The translations under genes and the position numbers were made by a program. The notes under the pieces were generated by a model that did no database searches, was not told the DNA's origin, and was given only the letters and a program-made list of their open reading frames with translations. Positions 32,574 through 32,773 of a stretch of DNA of 32,773 nt are shown here, in pieces. Source of the stretch: Perkinsus olseni (Eukaryota); NCBI GenBank assembly GCA_013115125.1, contig JABANN010000397.1, forward strand, positions 1-32,773, given 5' to 3'. The stretch's first letter is position 1. The number at the start of each line of letters is the position of its first letter.

Positions 32574-32773
32574 GGCATGTTACTAAGTCAACTGCAGCAG
32601 CATTCCACCCGAGACCGGACGTATCATCGCCGAGCATCGGGAACGACAGAGCAAAGAGACGAGGAACTTAGGCGGGGCCGCGGAAATTCTGTTCTCGCGC
32701 TGTGGCTTGCATACGGTAGTACCTAGCCAGTAGTGAGTCTCGCCCGCCAGGGCATCTATTGTGTCGCTCGCCG

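Overview
Eukaryotic, gene-dense genomic DNA, most likely from a perkinsid alveolate such as Perkinsus. This is inferred from the many ~45-55 nt spliceosomal introns with loose GT donors, the compact spacers and the fact that every supportable gene is on the minus strand. Left to right: an intronless secreted protein with duplicated domains; a frameshifted GH18-like pseudogene and other relics (3-5.8 kb); a 9.3 kb multi-exon gene for a giant repeat-module surface protein; a CUE-domain protein; a DnaJ protein; LYAR; S-adenosylmethionine synthetase; an intronless multi-TM/LRR/EF-hand protein; three tandem rhodaneses; SPCS2; and LRRC56. The most striking non-genic signal is three unrelated 22-bp scars with the exact form TSD[1-7]+revcomp(TSD)+TSD[2-8] for an 8-bp target. 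This fits hairpin-mediated excision of a hAT-type transposon, and one scar frameshifts the inferred GH18-like gene model. A handful of unusually long introns carry structured elements: a perfect 51-bp palindrome, a 47-bp direct repeat and hairpins. Two introns (443 and 70 nt) open with a tRNA-3'-half-like segment. Gene models were spliced by eye and no database searches were run.
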